Positions 1 to 12,475 of a stretch of 64,000 nt of DNA are shown piece by piece. The notes under the pieces were generated by a model. That model worked only from the letters and a program-made list of their open reading frames with translations. It ran no database searches and was not told the origin of the DNA. Position 1 is the stretch's first letter. The number at the start of each line of letters is the position of its first letter. Position numbers and translations under genes: made by a program. This DNA is from Eledone cirrhosa (taxonomy: Eukaryota): positions 18,166,001-18,230,000 of the forward strand of contig OZ024758.1 of the NCBI GenBank assembly GCA_964016885.1, written 5' to 3'.

Positions 1-594
1 TCTCCCTCTCCAAATGAAACAGTAAACATTAAAACAATATATCTTAAAATATACATTCATTCCAACACACGTATTATTAACTCTTTATTGTCAAAATTGA
101 ATATATTAGACTAAGGAAGGGCATAGTAATTGGTTTAAGCGTGTGTTGTTAATATATATTATTTTCTTCATTCAAAGATGAATATATCTCACTACAGATA
201 TTGTCAATCTATTTCTTTTGTATTTTCCAATCCAACATAATCTTGGCCTTATTGTAGCTGTATGAAAGTTAATTCGGGTTAGTTTATAGCCAAAAGCATA
301 GTGTACAGGATAAATATGAATATCTATTTTGTGGTAGGCACTTTTGTCGCTTATCATTCCGTGCTTGAATATTACAATAATAACATTCATCAATAATCTA
401 TTGCGACATGGAAGTTTCTATCATGAATTGACTCTTACGTTTGAATTACACACACATATGTACCTCTGGTTGACGTGTTGATATCCATTAGGTTATGGGA
501 TTATAAAAATTTAAATATTCATCCTTATCATATCTTCCTGTATAATACAATGATTCTTGTAATTCAAGGGATGTACTTTAAATTTTGTAATATA

Positions 595-633
<39 letters not shown>

Positions 634-691
634 TAAAAAAATAATGAATAAAACAAAGAAACAGTTCCTTATATTAAACAAAAAAAGTTCA

Positions 692-821
692 TTATTTTAC
701 GATCGTTTCTAGGACATATATGTGTTAGAATTGGTATGCATATTCAAAAGATCTATGTACAAAATTATACAAACTATCAAGGAGAATATACATACCATCA
801 CATATATATGCTGTCTTCAGA

Positions 822-826
<5 letters not shown>
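692..826 (-). ncRNA. Type-I hammerhead ribozyme with long stem II (family E, copy 1), PLE-associated
   Basis: Minus strand reads TTATTT-CTGAAGA-[~105-nt self-complementary stem II]-GAAA-CGATCG-TA-AAATAA. Stem I TTATTT/AAATAA, palindromic stem III ACGATCGT, GUA cleavage triplet. Flanked by (TA)n; homologous copy at 47308-47439. Confidence 0.8.
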
Positions 827-858
<32 letters not shown>

Positions 859-861
<3 letters not shown>

Positions 862-973
862 TTAATAATAAATTTGAAGCCTAAAATCCAAAGAGGTTAG
901 TTTCAGAAGATCTCGTTAAGGGTGAAAGCAGCGATTCTTTGCTTAAACTTTACTCTGTTATTTTAATAAATAA

Positions 974-1047
<74 letters not shown>

Positions 1048-1184
1048 ATGTGTGTCTGTATGTATATATATATTACTTATTATAAGAAAAGATTAAGGTT
1101 TAAGCAAAGAATCGCTGCTTTCACCCTTAACCGGATCCTTATTTAGCCCTCTTCAGATTTTAGTCTTCACATGTATTATTATTA

Positions 1185-1192
<8 letters not shown>
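859..1192. mobile_element. Inverted pair of a ~115-bp PLE-like fragment (family B) around a (TA)n/(TG)n tract
   Basis: 859-975 is the approximate reverse complement of 1073-1192 (GGGTGAAAGCAGCGATTCTTTGCTTAAAC / GTTTAAGCAAAGAATCGCTGCTTTCACCC). Other family copies at 18170-18215, 50570-50692, 55203-55290 and 61690-61707. Confidence 0.7.
899..949 (+). ncRNA. Hammerhead-like fold with variant core CAGAAGA (family B)
   Basis: AGTTT-CAGAAGA-TCTC gttaa GGGT-GAAA-GCA gcgattctt TGC-TT-AAACT. Stems I and III pair and stem II is weak; the core has U4->A and the triplet is CUU. Confidence 0.5.
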
Positions 1193-1262
<70 letters not shown>

Positions 1263-1847
1263 TCGCTCATATATGTGTGTTTGAATATGTGTATGCACAT
1301 TTGTATGTGAGTGTATAAACCCTACATAAAAGCTGAAACTACTAATCATCTAGTCAGGTTTATATCTTCCTTTATACCCACGCTGCACCTTGCCATGCAT
1401 AAATTACTACCCTGATCTTTAGTTTCCCAAGTCCTTGCACCTGGAGTTATTACTGATTTATTTCATCTCCACAAATTCTTTTTAGCAGTCATTCATACAA
1501 TTTCTCTATAATTTCTCAGTGAAACATTTCACCTAGTATGAATATTCAAAGCTCTATTTACTTTATGAGGTTCTCTATCCTGCAGCAAACTGCAAACATC
1601 CTCTCAGGACTTTCGGTTCAGTGGTACATATCATTGAGAGATCTGGAGTTGATTCGCCAATCATTCATTTGGACGCACACCTTTTGTTCTGGTAAATGCA
1701 TGTTACTCTCATCACTGGGCTTTCTATTCACACTATGCCGAGTAGATCTAATTCCATGTTCTCAGAAATCTGCGACTAGATAGCATTTAGAATGTGAGAT
1801 CCTTCTCCTTCTTCTTCTTTAGTTTGAACAACAACTAGGTAGCATTA

Positions 1848-2030
1848 TTGGCAGTATCGGTAGAGGGTTGGACCACATGCTTTCTAGAATAGTTACGTCC
1901 CTTTACAGTCTGAGTTCCAATCCCGCCGAGGTTAACTTTGCCTTTCATCCTTACGGGATTGATAAAATAAAGTACCAGTAATGTACTGTGTAATTGCTGG
2001 CTTTGTCCCTAAAGTAGAAACAATTATTTA
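1848..2030 (+). mobile_element. Major tRNA-derived SINE copy (~190 bp)
   Basis: A-box-like TGGCAGTATCGGTAG, B-box-like GAGTTCCAATCC, central GCCTTTCATCCTTACGGG..GATAAAATAAAGTACCAG, 3' TTGCTGGC..AAAGTAGAAACAATTATT tail. Confidence 0.85.
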
Positions 2031-2046
2031 AAATGTAAGGGCCTCC

Positions 2047-2172
2047 TTCTTCTTCTTCTTCTTCTTCTTCTTCTTCTTCTTCTTCTTCTTCTTCTTCTTC
2101 TTCTTCTTCTTCTTCTTCTTCTTCTTCTTCTTCTTCTTCTTCTTCTTCTTCTTCTTCTTCTTCTTCTTCTTC
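2047..2172. repeat. (TTC)n microsatellite at the 3' tail of an RTE fragment
   Basis: Pure TTC run; source of the poly-E ORF 1951..2205. Confidence 0.95.
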
Positions 2173-2460
2173 ACATGAGAGTGTCATGCGAGACAATGTC
2201 CTCAAATACTCCTCCAGCAGGCACTGTCAGAAACAACTGTCTCCTAAATGAACCGGCTGGATCCCCAACCGTAACCAGCCAAGCTCATGGATGTTATCCA
2301 TCCATCTTGCTCGGGATCTATCCCTGGGATCCTACCTGTTGGTTTTGCCCTTAAAATCTGCCCAGCAATTCTTTAATGAGACACTCTAACCACACGCCCA
2401 TAATATCAGAAATGTGTTCTCTCAATTCGGAGAAGTAGTGGCTCTACCTGAATTCACTCT
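2173..2460 (-). mobile_element. RTE-clade LINE 3' remnant
   Basis: The minus strand encodes degenerate RT C-terminal motifs (GRP..RW.D.I, ending in W...L..LS) followed by a (GAA)n tail. Confidence 0.65.
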
Positions 2461-3582
2461 CTCATCTGCGAGCTACAAATGTGTCCAGCTATTCTTTCCT
2501 GAGACATTCTAATCATATGCCCATAGTATCAGAAATATGTTCTCTCAATTCGGAGAAGTAGTGGCTCTATCTGAAGTCACTCTCTCATCTGCGAGCTACA
2601 AATGTGTCCAGCTATTCTTTCCTGAGACATTCTAATCATATGCCCATAGTATCAGCAATGTGTTCTCTCAATTCGGAGAAGTAGTGGCTCTACCTGAAGT
2701 CACTCTCTGATCTCCGAGCTACAAATGTGTCCAGCCATTCTTTCCTGAGACATTCTAATCATATGCCCATAGTATCAGCAATGTGTTCTCTCAATTCGGA
2801 GAAGTAGTGGCTCCACCTGAAGTCACTCTCTGATCTCCGAGCTACAAATGTGTCCAGCCATTCTTTCCTGAGACATTCTAATCATATGCCCATAGTATCA
2901 GCAATGTGTTCTTTCAATTCGGAGAAGTAGTGGCTCTACCTGGAGTCACTCTCTGATCTCCGAGCTACAAATGTGTCCAGCCATTCTTTCCTGAGACATT
3001 CTAATCATATGCCCATAGTATCAGCAATGTGTTCTTTCAATTCGGAGAAGTAGTGGCTCTACCTGGAGTCACTCTCTGATCTCCGAGCTACAAATGTGTC
3101 CAGCCATTCTTTCCTCAGACATTCTAATCACATGCCCATAGTATCAGCAATGTGTTCTCTCAATTCGGAGAAGTAGTGGCTCTACCTGAAGTCACTCTCT
3201 GATCTCCGAGCTACAAATGTGTCCAGCTATTCTTTCCTGAGACATTCTAATCATATGCCGATAGTATCAGAAATGAGTTCTCTCAATTCGGAGAAGTAGT
3301 GGCTCTATCTGAAGTCACTCTCTAATCTGCGAGCTACAAATGTGTCCAGCCATTCTTTCCTGAGACATTCTAATCACATGCCCATAGTATCAGCAATGTG
3401 TTCTCTCAATTCGGAGAAGTAGTGGCTCTACCTGAAGTCACTCTCTGATCTCCGAGCTACAAATGTGTCCAGCTATTCTTTCCTGAGACATTCTAATCAT
3501 ATGCCCATAGTATCAGAATTGTGTTCTCTCAATTCGGAGAAGTAGTGGCTCTATCTGGAGTGACTCTATGATCTCCTAGCTA
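2363..3582 (-). repeat. Tandem array of ~10 x 123 bp derived from an RTE LINE coding segment
   Basis: CAATTCGGAGAAGTAGTGGCTC recurs at 2423, 2546, 2669, 2792, 2915, 3038, 3161, 3284, 3407 and 3530. The minus-strand unit translates as IRE*LQVEPLLLRIERTHC*YYGHMIRMSQERMA, which matches the RTE 'LRWFGHV.RM' region. Confidence 0.9.
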
Positions 3583-4475
3583 TGTACTTTATCGGGTAAC
3601 GTTTCTCTTCTCACATTTGAAATGTCTTATTTTATCTTCTTCCCTGAAACTGAAGATGGAAAATGTTTCCATAATTTAGAATAATATTTCCTAACAAATG
3701 GCAAGATTTAAAGTTATCAGATGTAATATCGTGATTTAAGAGAAATTGTTATGTAATTTCCTGTAATTTTTCTTACAAGTATCAGGAGTCGAGTAGACTT
3801 ACAAAATAAATAACTTCTTGGTTTATAAAAAGTTGTTTACAGGAATCACAGTGTAATAACTTGTGATACTTCATATATTGTACATCAGGTAATTATATAT
3901 CCGGCAGTTTTTCTTACACATAGAAGTGAACACTAGATATTTCGTTCTTCCTGTTGATCGTGTTACATAAATATACTATTTACGGTTATTGGCTTCACTA
4001 TAGAGACGATATATAACTGTATCGTATGCACCAATGTTATTTATGACGAATGTTTTTATATATTTGTCAAGGATGGATCAGTAGGAAATGATTGAATTAT
4101 GTTATGCCAGACTTAGCAGATTACAGCCGAGAACTATCGCTTTACATATGTATGATTGTGAGAACTTCAGGAAAGTATTTGGGGATATTAACACCTAATT
4201 AACATAAGGTAATGAATTAATGAAAGAGATTGTTATTATCATCATTCTGGTGAGTATATGGCTGCTACTCTTGATCAAAAAATCATATTGAAGTTTTAGT
4301 ATAAGACATTTTTCCAATTTTAATTAAATTTTATGTGTTTTGTCACAAACACAAGGACAATGCTTTTTGATAATATTATGAGTGTGGTCTAAGGAAATGT
4401 AAGGAAACCACCTCTAATGACTGAATCGATATAAATGAAAAACTAATTCACGCACACCCATACACATTCACATAA

Positions 4476-4586
<111 letters not shown>

Positions 4587-4876
4587 ATAGTGTGTTGTAG
4601 TTTGCTTGAAGCATTGTTGAATACCAAACACAAATTTAAATACTTTTGATAATCGTGCAAGGCACTAGAAAATTAAAATTGCTAAGAAAATAATAGAATC
4701 TTATCTTGGCAAATTTAGTATACATACATATACATATATAAAGAGAGAGAAAGAGAGAGAGAGTGAGAGAGAGAGATGTATAGACTGACTTTGTATTCTC
4801 AGCGTCATTGTGTGTATCAATAAGTATGTGTAAACATGATTTCTGTGTGTGTATATGTATATCTACACACATAGTT

Positions 4877-4945
<69 letters not shown>

Positions 4946-5004
4946 AACACACACACACGCACAGACATATATATATATATATATATATATATTCTTAACT
5001 GCTG

Positions 5005-5037
<33 letters not shown>

Positions 5038-5647
5038 CTTCGTAAACTGTAAAAATAAATACTATTTATGGGATTCAAACATCTGCTTCATGGCACCTTT
5101 CGTACATCTGTATGACCAGAAGACATACTCTAGAAACAAAAAATGCAGTTAAGTATGATATCGTTTCGAAAAGCAATTGGATACATGAGGGTGCAGTTTT
5201 CTTTTCATTGGGCAATAATCCAATTTGAAAAAATATAAGTTTTTCTGTATATTGTGTTTATATATTCACGTAACCTTCAGCATAGTCTAAATAAATTGTT
5301 AGGTGTGTTTACTATTTTTGTAACTTGCAATAATCACTTATGTCAGAACATATGCTAAGGTAGATATATAATGGTACTGAAGTAAAGCAAAGTACAAAAA
5401 AAATATTTCTAAGAGGGCCTGAATTAATTTTTCATTGAATATAGACAATACTCTAAGAGAAACTAAAATATTTTTCTTCTCAAAATGAAGTGTGTTGCTT
5501 CATAGAGGACGAGGACTTGTTACGCTTCAATCTAACAAAACATCATAGTTGATTGAATATATAAGGTATTGCAATTTGTGTAATAGCAGAAGTATGACGA
5601 TAGACAATTTGAACACGATATACATTTATTAATACTGTAAAAGGGTC

Positions 5648-6238
5648 GTGGATTGGCTGTATCGGTAGAGGGTCGCGCGGCATGCTTTGCAGCACAGTTT
5701 AGTCCCTTTACGGACTGAATTCAAATACCGCCAAGGTTAACTTTGCCTTTCATCCTTACGGGGTCGATAAAATAAAGTACCAGTAATAATACCCTGGGAT
5801 AATTGCTGGCCTTGTGCCAAATGTAGAAACAATTATTATTTTAAAGGGATGGTGGATTGGCAGTATCAGTAGAGCGTCAGCCACCATGCTTTACGGCGTA
5901 GCGTTATAGCCCTTTACGTCCTGAGTTCGGATACCACCAAGGTTAGCTTTCCCTTTCATCCTTACAGGGTCGATAAAATAAAAGTACCAGTAATGCACAG
6001 GGGTAATTGCTGACCTTGTGTCAAAAGTAGAAACAATTATTTGCCAATGGATTGGCAGTATCTGTAAGGGTTAGACACCATAATTTGCAACATAGAGTTA
6101 CGGCGCTTTACAGTCTGAGTTCAAAACTGTCCAAGGTTAGCTCTACCTTTCATCCTTACGGGGTCGATACAAATAAAAACGCCAGTAATGCGTTGGGGGT
6201 AATTGCTGGCCTCGTAGCAAAAGTAGCAGCAATTACTA
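5648..6238 (+). mobile_element. Three head-to-tail copies of the major SINE
   Basis: GGATTGGC.GTATC starts near 5650, 5854 and 6049; each copy ends in AAGTAG.A.CAATTA-like sequence. Confidence 0.85.
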
Positions 6239-6380
6239 CTGCAAAATCCCTCACAGAGGCACAGGACTGGATGGACCGATAGAGGAGCTAGAATGAGAAT
6301 AAGAAAAAGAGTGAGGGAATAATAATAATAATGTATATTATAATTTATTATGCCCACCCCTTCATATTTTTGGCGTTTTG

Positions 6381-6457
<77 letters not shown>

Positions 6458-6459
6458 GG

Positions 6460-6620
6460 ATAATTGTTTCTACATTTGGCACAAGGTCATGAATTAACCA
6501 GTGCATTACTGGTACTTTATTTTATCGACCCCTTAAGGATGAAAGGCAGAGCTAACCTCGGCGGGATTTGAACTCAGAATGGAAATGGGCCGTTACTCTA
6601 TACGTCAAAGAATGGAGGAT
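6460..6620 (-). mobile_element. Major SINE copy, 5' truncated
   Basis: Reverse complement of the SINE 3' and central region. Confidence 0.8.
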
Positions 6621-6629
6621 AATGAAATG

Positions 6630-7060
<431 letters not shown>

Positions 7061-7142
7061 AATTGGTGTTGGATGCTTGAAGCTTCCATATGCGGTAGGC
7101 CGTATGAACACTGGATGGCCTCGTAGAGCAGAGTATGATATA

Positions 7143-7452
7143 ACAGAAAAATGAGAATCAGTGTTGCGACGAAAGGAATGTATTGGACATATTACAATTG
7201 TTTCTTGGGCGACCAGCTTGAGGCACGATCGATATTGTCGTCAAACATGACTCTGAAATCTCACGGTCCTCGTTAACGTAATTATTCTACGAACCAGAAA
7301 ATCTGCTTCGAATAGTTATGTTAAGGAGGACCGCGAGATTTCACAGTCATGTTTGACGACCATATCGATCGTGCCTCAAGCTGGTCGCCCGAGAAACACT
7401 GGTAATATATCCAATAAATTCCTTTCGTCGCAACACTGATTCTCATTTTTCT

Positions 7453-7454
<2 letters not shown>
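7143..7454. repeat. Long imperfect palindrome (~145-bp arms, ~22-nt spacer)
   Basis: ACAGAAAAATGAGAATCAGTGTTGCGACGAAAGGAA... pairs with ...TTCCTTTCGTCGCAACACTGATTCTCATTTTTCTGT. Embedded between (TA)n tracts. Confidence 0.9.
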
Positions 7455-7517
<63 letters not shown>

Positions 7518-7520
<3 letters not shown>

Positions 7521-7839
7521 AGGCGGGTAAAAGTATACACTGAGAATGAAAAACTCAGAGCTGTATGGGAGCATCCCAAAAGTCAGCTCAAAAGTGACAC
7601 AGAGGAGACTGAGGTTGGCTGGACATGCTCACCGACATCCAGAGTTGACATTGCACTCAGTGCTCCTTTGGGAGCCCCTACATGGACACACTAGAAGAGG
7701 AAGACCAAGGTTAACATATGTTGATGCCCTAAGGACAGACACTGGTCTGTTGGAGATGCAGGATATGGCAGCGATAATGAGGGACAGAGACCGCTGGAGA
7801 GAACTCGTCCATGGATCTCGGGAATTTTACCCGCCTTAG
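7518..7839 (+). mobile_element. RTE-type LINE 3' fragment (RT C-terminus)
   Basis: ORF 7546..7839 contains RRLRLAGH..RH....VLLWEP.HG...RGRP..TYVD.L..DTG and M.DR..WR motifs typical of RTE C-termini. Inserted in (TA)n. Confidence 0.85.
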
Positions 7840-7930
7840 ATATATATATATATATACGTAGGTCCCGGGTTGAGTCGGGGATAACCACAGTAAGCAAGGT
7901 ACTCAATACATGGCAGAGTAACATTTTTTT

Positions 7931-8062
7931 ATTTCATAGAAGGAGCTTCTACAGGACTAGTACTGTTTCATTCAGATGAAATCTTCAGGAAGCTTAGGAG
8001 CTTCCTGAAGATTGCATCTGAATGAAACAGTACTAGTCCTGTAGAAGCTCCTTCTATAAAAT
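7931..8062. mobile_element. Palindromic element made of two inverted hammerheads (family A)
   Basis: 7931-7994 is the reverse complement of 7999-8062 with few mismatches. Confidence 0.85.
7997..8051 (+). ncRNA. Type-I hammerhead ribozyme (family A); mirror copy on the minus strand at 7944-7994
   Basis: GGAGCTTC-CTGAAGA-ttgcatctgaat-GAAA-CAG tactagtc CTG-TA-GAAGCTCC: 8-bp stem I, intact core, stem III ACAG/CTGT, GUA triplet. Confidence 0.8.
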
Positions 8063-8074
8063 ATATATATATAA

Positions 8075-8243
8075 AAGGAACGATCGACTTTCGTCAAATC
8101 GGACCGTGGGAACAATGTGTCCGTTGGTCTTTCCAATTGCTAATACTATCTATCGGTCGCAACTCCAGGTAGAAGGAGCAACGTGAAATAAAGTGTCTTG
8201 CTCAAGGACATAACGCATCAGCTGGTCCAAGAATCGAACTCAC
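8075..8243 (-). mobile_element. Second SINE family (CORE-like central domain), 5' truncated
   Basis: Minus strand GAGTTCGATTC..TGCGTTATGTCCTTGAGCAAGACACTTTATTTCACGTTGCTCC; homologous to 53780-53998. Confidence 0.75.
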
Positions 8244-8244
8244 A

Positions 8245-8304
<60 letters not shown>

Positions 8305-8307
8305 TAT

Positions 8308-8417
<110 letters not shown>

Positions 8418-9547
8418 GCATTCAACGTTAAACTGATTACTAACGATTGTGGAATTATTACTATATATCTTGAGTAATTCACCACATTTAACGACTGAAA
8501 TACTTAGTAGTAAATCAATACTAGACCTGCATCATGAGAGCAATTTAATGAATCATGTGTAAATAGTTTTATTTTTGTGAGAAATTAATTTGCGCAGTGT
8601 ATCTAATTAACATTGTCCATGTTGACTGTAGCTAAGGATCTCTGCAAAGGTAACAATACCCATGAGGTAATATAATAAGCTTGAAGAGAGAAATGACCTC
8701 TCTTTGAACTTTGCTTCAATACTTATCCTGGCTATATGTGACAGAATAACCTTAAACGCCGATAAATACGTTCATAAGAAAATGAAACAAAATTTCCTAT
8801 GATTTGGACTTACTCATAAATTTTTACCGCGCGATGTGTCATTGTCATAGTTGATATTATCGCATCAACATGAAAAGATGCTTTCACAGTTAGGAGAATA
8901 GAAAATCTGAGTAATTGTAAGGAGTTTATTATATTAGGATTTATTTGTGATCATTTCACATTTCTATCCTATACAAATGTAATTAAGAATGAAAGCAGTC
9001 TTTGAAATGTAAACCTTTACAATTTGACGTGAATCGTTTCAGCAATTAAAGTTATGGGACATTAAATATTTGACGCGAGGCTGTTTTCTCCAAACTGAAT
9101 TTATAACTAATTGTCTTGATCGGGAGTTTATTTCCACATATTATCCATTCTAATCATCCTCAGCGTTATTCCTTAGTTTACAGATCACTCCGAATATACA
9201 ATTCTTTCATTGTTTTCCTTAACAGAATCAAAATGCAAATGAACACTAATTTGCTTAAACTCTTTTAAAGTTATATTTTGCAATTTATTCTCGCATTGAA
9301 ATTTTTGTTTTACAGATTCCTTTGATTACCAGAGATTTATTACATATCCAATTTCCCTCTGTTAAATATATTGGAAAGACCACCATATAAGTTCCATCTT
9401 TGTTCTCTTGTATACATGTTATTCTGGGTTCCTGTCATGCATTATCTTTTTATTTTCCTTTTCAGTTGACTTTCTTCATTTTCTCTTTCTACTTTTTCTC
9501 ATTCTTCTTTTACTATTTCTTCTTTTTCTCTCTCTTCTCCTTCACTT

Positions 9548-9835
9548 TCTTCTTCTTCTTCTTCTTCTTCTTCTTCTTCTTCTTCTTCTTCTTCTTCTTC
9601 TTCTTCTTCTTCTTCTTCTTCTTCTTCTTCTCGTTCTTTTCTTCTTCTCTTTCTTCTTCTTCTCATCCACTCCCACCTCTCATCATACCTCCTCTTCTTC
9701 TCTTTCTCCATCCCTCTCCTCATTCTTCTTCTTCTTCTTCTTCTTCTTCTTCTTCTTCTTCTTCTTCTTCTTCTTCTCCTTCTTCTTCTTCTTCTTCTTC
9801 TTCTTCTTCTTCTTCTTCTTCTTCTTCTTCTTCTA
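9548..9835. repeat. Two (TTC)n tracts with a pyrimidine-rich spacer
   Basis: Direct reading; explains the poly-F/S/L/E ORFs. Confidence 0.95.
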
Positions 9836-10148
9836 CCATGATTACTTTTCTTTACCCAAATCTTTCACTCTTCAGTCTCAGTTGTTATCTCCTATCATCA
9901 AATTATACACGTGTCGGAAACAACTTATTTATCTCATCATAATAATTATTCCCATCACCTTCAATCTAGAGATGTAGCTAACGATTAGAACTTACCATGT
10001 CTATCATCTCACAATCATATGCAGCCAGAATCGCAATCATAGAAAAGCTATATCTGTGTCATTAGAATCGATGTTTGATCGGCTTTCTATTTACACCAAC
10101 CAACATCGAGAACAATTATTTGCATTAATTGTATTATCAAATATTTGT

Positions 10149-10495
10149 ATCATCATCGTCATTATAATCACCATCAATATTATCATTATAAACAGCAGCA
10201 GCATCATCAATACCGTCAATATAAACACCACCATCACCATCATCATAATCACCATTAATACCGTTAATATAAACACCACCACCATCATCATCATCATCAT
10301 CATAATTAATCACCGTCAATACCGTCAATATAAACATCATCGTCCATCGTCATCATCATCATCATTGTAATCACAATCACCAATGTTATAAACATATATA
10401 TAATCAACATCACCATCGGTAACATCAGCATCATAAGCAACATCATCGTCATCGTCAACATCATCATTATTAACTTCATCAGCATCATGAACAGC
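10149..10495. repeat. Degenerate (ATC/ACC)n low-complexity tract
   Basis: ATC-rich, with ATACCGT.AATATAAACA repeated three times. Confidence 0.85.
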
Positions 10496-10518
10496 AGCTG
10501 TAATCTGCTTTGTCCCCA

Positions 10519-10701
10519 TGGCAGTATCGGTAGAGGATTGGACGCCATGCTTTGCCGCATAGAGTTACGGCTCTTTATGATCTGAGTTCAAATCCTGCCG
10601 AGGTTAACTTTGCCTTTCATCCTTACAGGGTCGATAAAATGAAGCACCAGTAATGCACTGGGGTAATTGCTGGTCGTGTGCTAAAAGTAGAAACAATTAT
10701 T
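10519..10701 (+). mobile_element. Major SINE copy
   Basis: Matches the SINE consensus. Confidence 0.85.
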
Positions 10702-12043
10702 CTCTCTATTTATCATATAGTTTTGCTATTTACTTACAACTTAAAATAAGATGATTATTTGAAATTTAAAAGTGTAATTGCATTCAATCAACAAAAGAAT
10801 TACTTGATGAAATTCACATATAAATCTAGCAAGTTTTACAGCTTGTCAAACACCCGTAAAAACAATCAAGGAAAGCCAAACATCCTAATCGAAATGTATT
10901 GGAATACCTTCACCAGCAGATTTAAAACTGATATCTTATTTTTGCTGGCCTAGCATAGGAAGTATATAGGTGAATGCATCTCTCAGAGATTCTATTAAAA
11001 CCGTTTCTAAAATGAATATTAATCCTTATTCGGGAAGACCAATATTTTTAGAAAGAGTAAATCTAGGCCAAACAATTATTAGTTCCATCGATGTGGATAG
11101 TATATACCCTGATAACAGACATATTTATAGTATATAAGCTATTCAATATTAGCTCAACAAGTAGTGATTTGAAGTACCAGATCAAATAAACATGACTTTC
11201 TTTACCAAATGCTCACGATTATTCTAGTAAACTAATATTTATGTTTCATGAAATCATATACTATCAAATATCAGAAACCGATATCGGTACTAAAGTAGTG
11301 CCAAAATACACTAATGTTGTTATGGTAAAACAAGAAGAGAATATCTTTATTAGAACCACTAAACAATTTAGTAGACAAAGTTTATTCATAACTAAAAAAA
11401 AAAAAATGGAAAATATTTCTTGATGGCTGTTTTGTTTTATAGAATTAGAATGTGACAGCAGATAAACAAGATGGATGTTAAACTATTGGAAAATTCATTT
11501 ATGACAATAGGAAATTCACGTTGGGATTTAGCAAGGAAAACCTCACTTTCTTTTAGATATATGTCAAGTAAAATAGATGGATGATGTGAAAGGGATATCT
11601 AGTAAACACACACTCAAAACAACATTTACTATTCACATTTTGCCACCTTTAACAGCACAAACACATTATTTTTCTTTGGCAAAACTAATATGCATGATTG
11701 TTTCAAATCTGAGAATAAGAGAGAAAATGCTGATAGAATAACATGTTGTAATCTTCCGGAGATTTCTCACCAGGTTAGTGAAGAGAGAATAAAACGAGCG
11801 AAAATATATATATTCAAGGTTTAAATTTCCGTTTATGTCAACAGACGATTGGAAAAATATTGAAATTTATAATCATATACATAGGAGGCTAGCTATTTTT
11901 CACAATCATAAAAATACCTCGGAGAATCATCTAAATATTGAGAGCAACATTCACAAGTGCAAACATTCACATATGTCCAATACACCAGTAGTGAAATGGA
12001 AGACAACCTAATTTGGAAATATTTTGAATATATAATATATAAG

Positions 12044-12475
12044 GGTGGTTGATTGGCAGTATCCGTAGGGCGTCGGACATGCTTTGCCACATAGACTTAT
12101 GGCCCTTTACTTTCTGAGTTCATTTCCTCTCGAGGCTACCTTTTCCTATCATCGTTATAGGGTCGATAAAATAAAGTACCAGTAATGCACTGGAGTCGAT
12201 TGAATTGACTTTCCCTTTCCTCGTAAGTTGTTGGCCTTGTGCCTAAAATCAGAAACCATTATGAATATATAACAGGGCAGTGGATTGGCAGTATCGGTAG
12301 AGGGTCGGACGCCATTGTTTTCAGCATAGTTACGTCCCTTTACGATCTGAGTTCAAATCCCGCCGAGGTTGACTTTGCCTTTCATCCTTACGGGGTCGAT
12401 AAAATAAAGTACCAGTAATGCACTGGGTAATTGCTGGCCTTGTGCCTAACGTAGAAACCATTATGAATATATAAC
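12044..12475 (+). mobile_element. Two tandem SINE copies (long variant, then short variant)
   Basis: The first copy has the extra GTCGATT.AAT.GACTTTCCC segment. Both are followed by AGAAACCATTATGAATATATAACAG. Confidence 0.85.

Noticed and set aside
172-460. Possible coding remnant on the minus strand
   Set aside because: No recognisable motif, and the alternative frames contain stops.
2363-3582. Possible CRISPR array or repeat-protein exon
   Set aside because: There are no unique spacers, the context is eukaryotic, and each unit has in-frame stops and is RTE-derived.
5150-5285. HHR-like CTGAAGG...GAAACGATAT on the minus strand
   Set aside because: The core is altered and stems II and III are unconvincing.
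11274-11292. GAAA followed by the palindrome ACCGATATCGGT-A
   Set aside because: No upstream CTGAnGA core or stem I was found.
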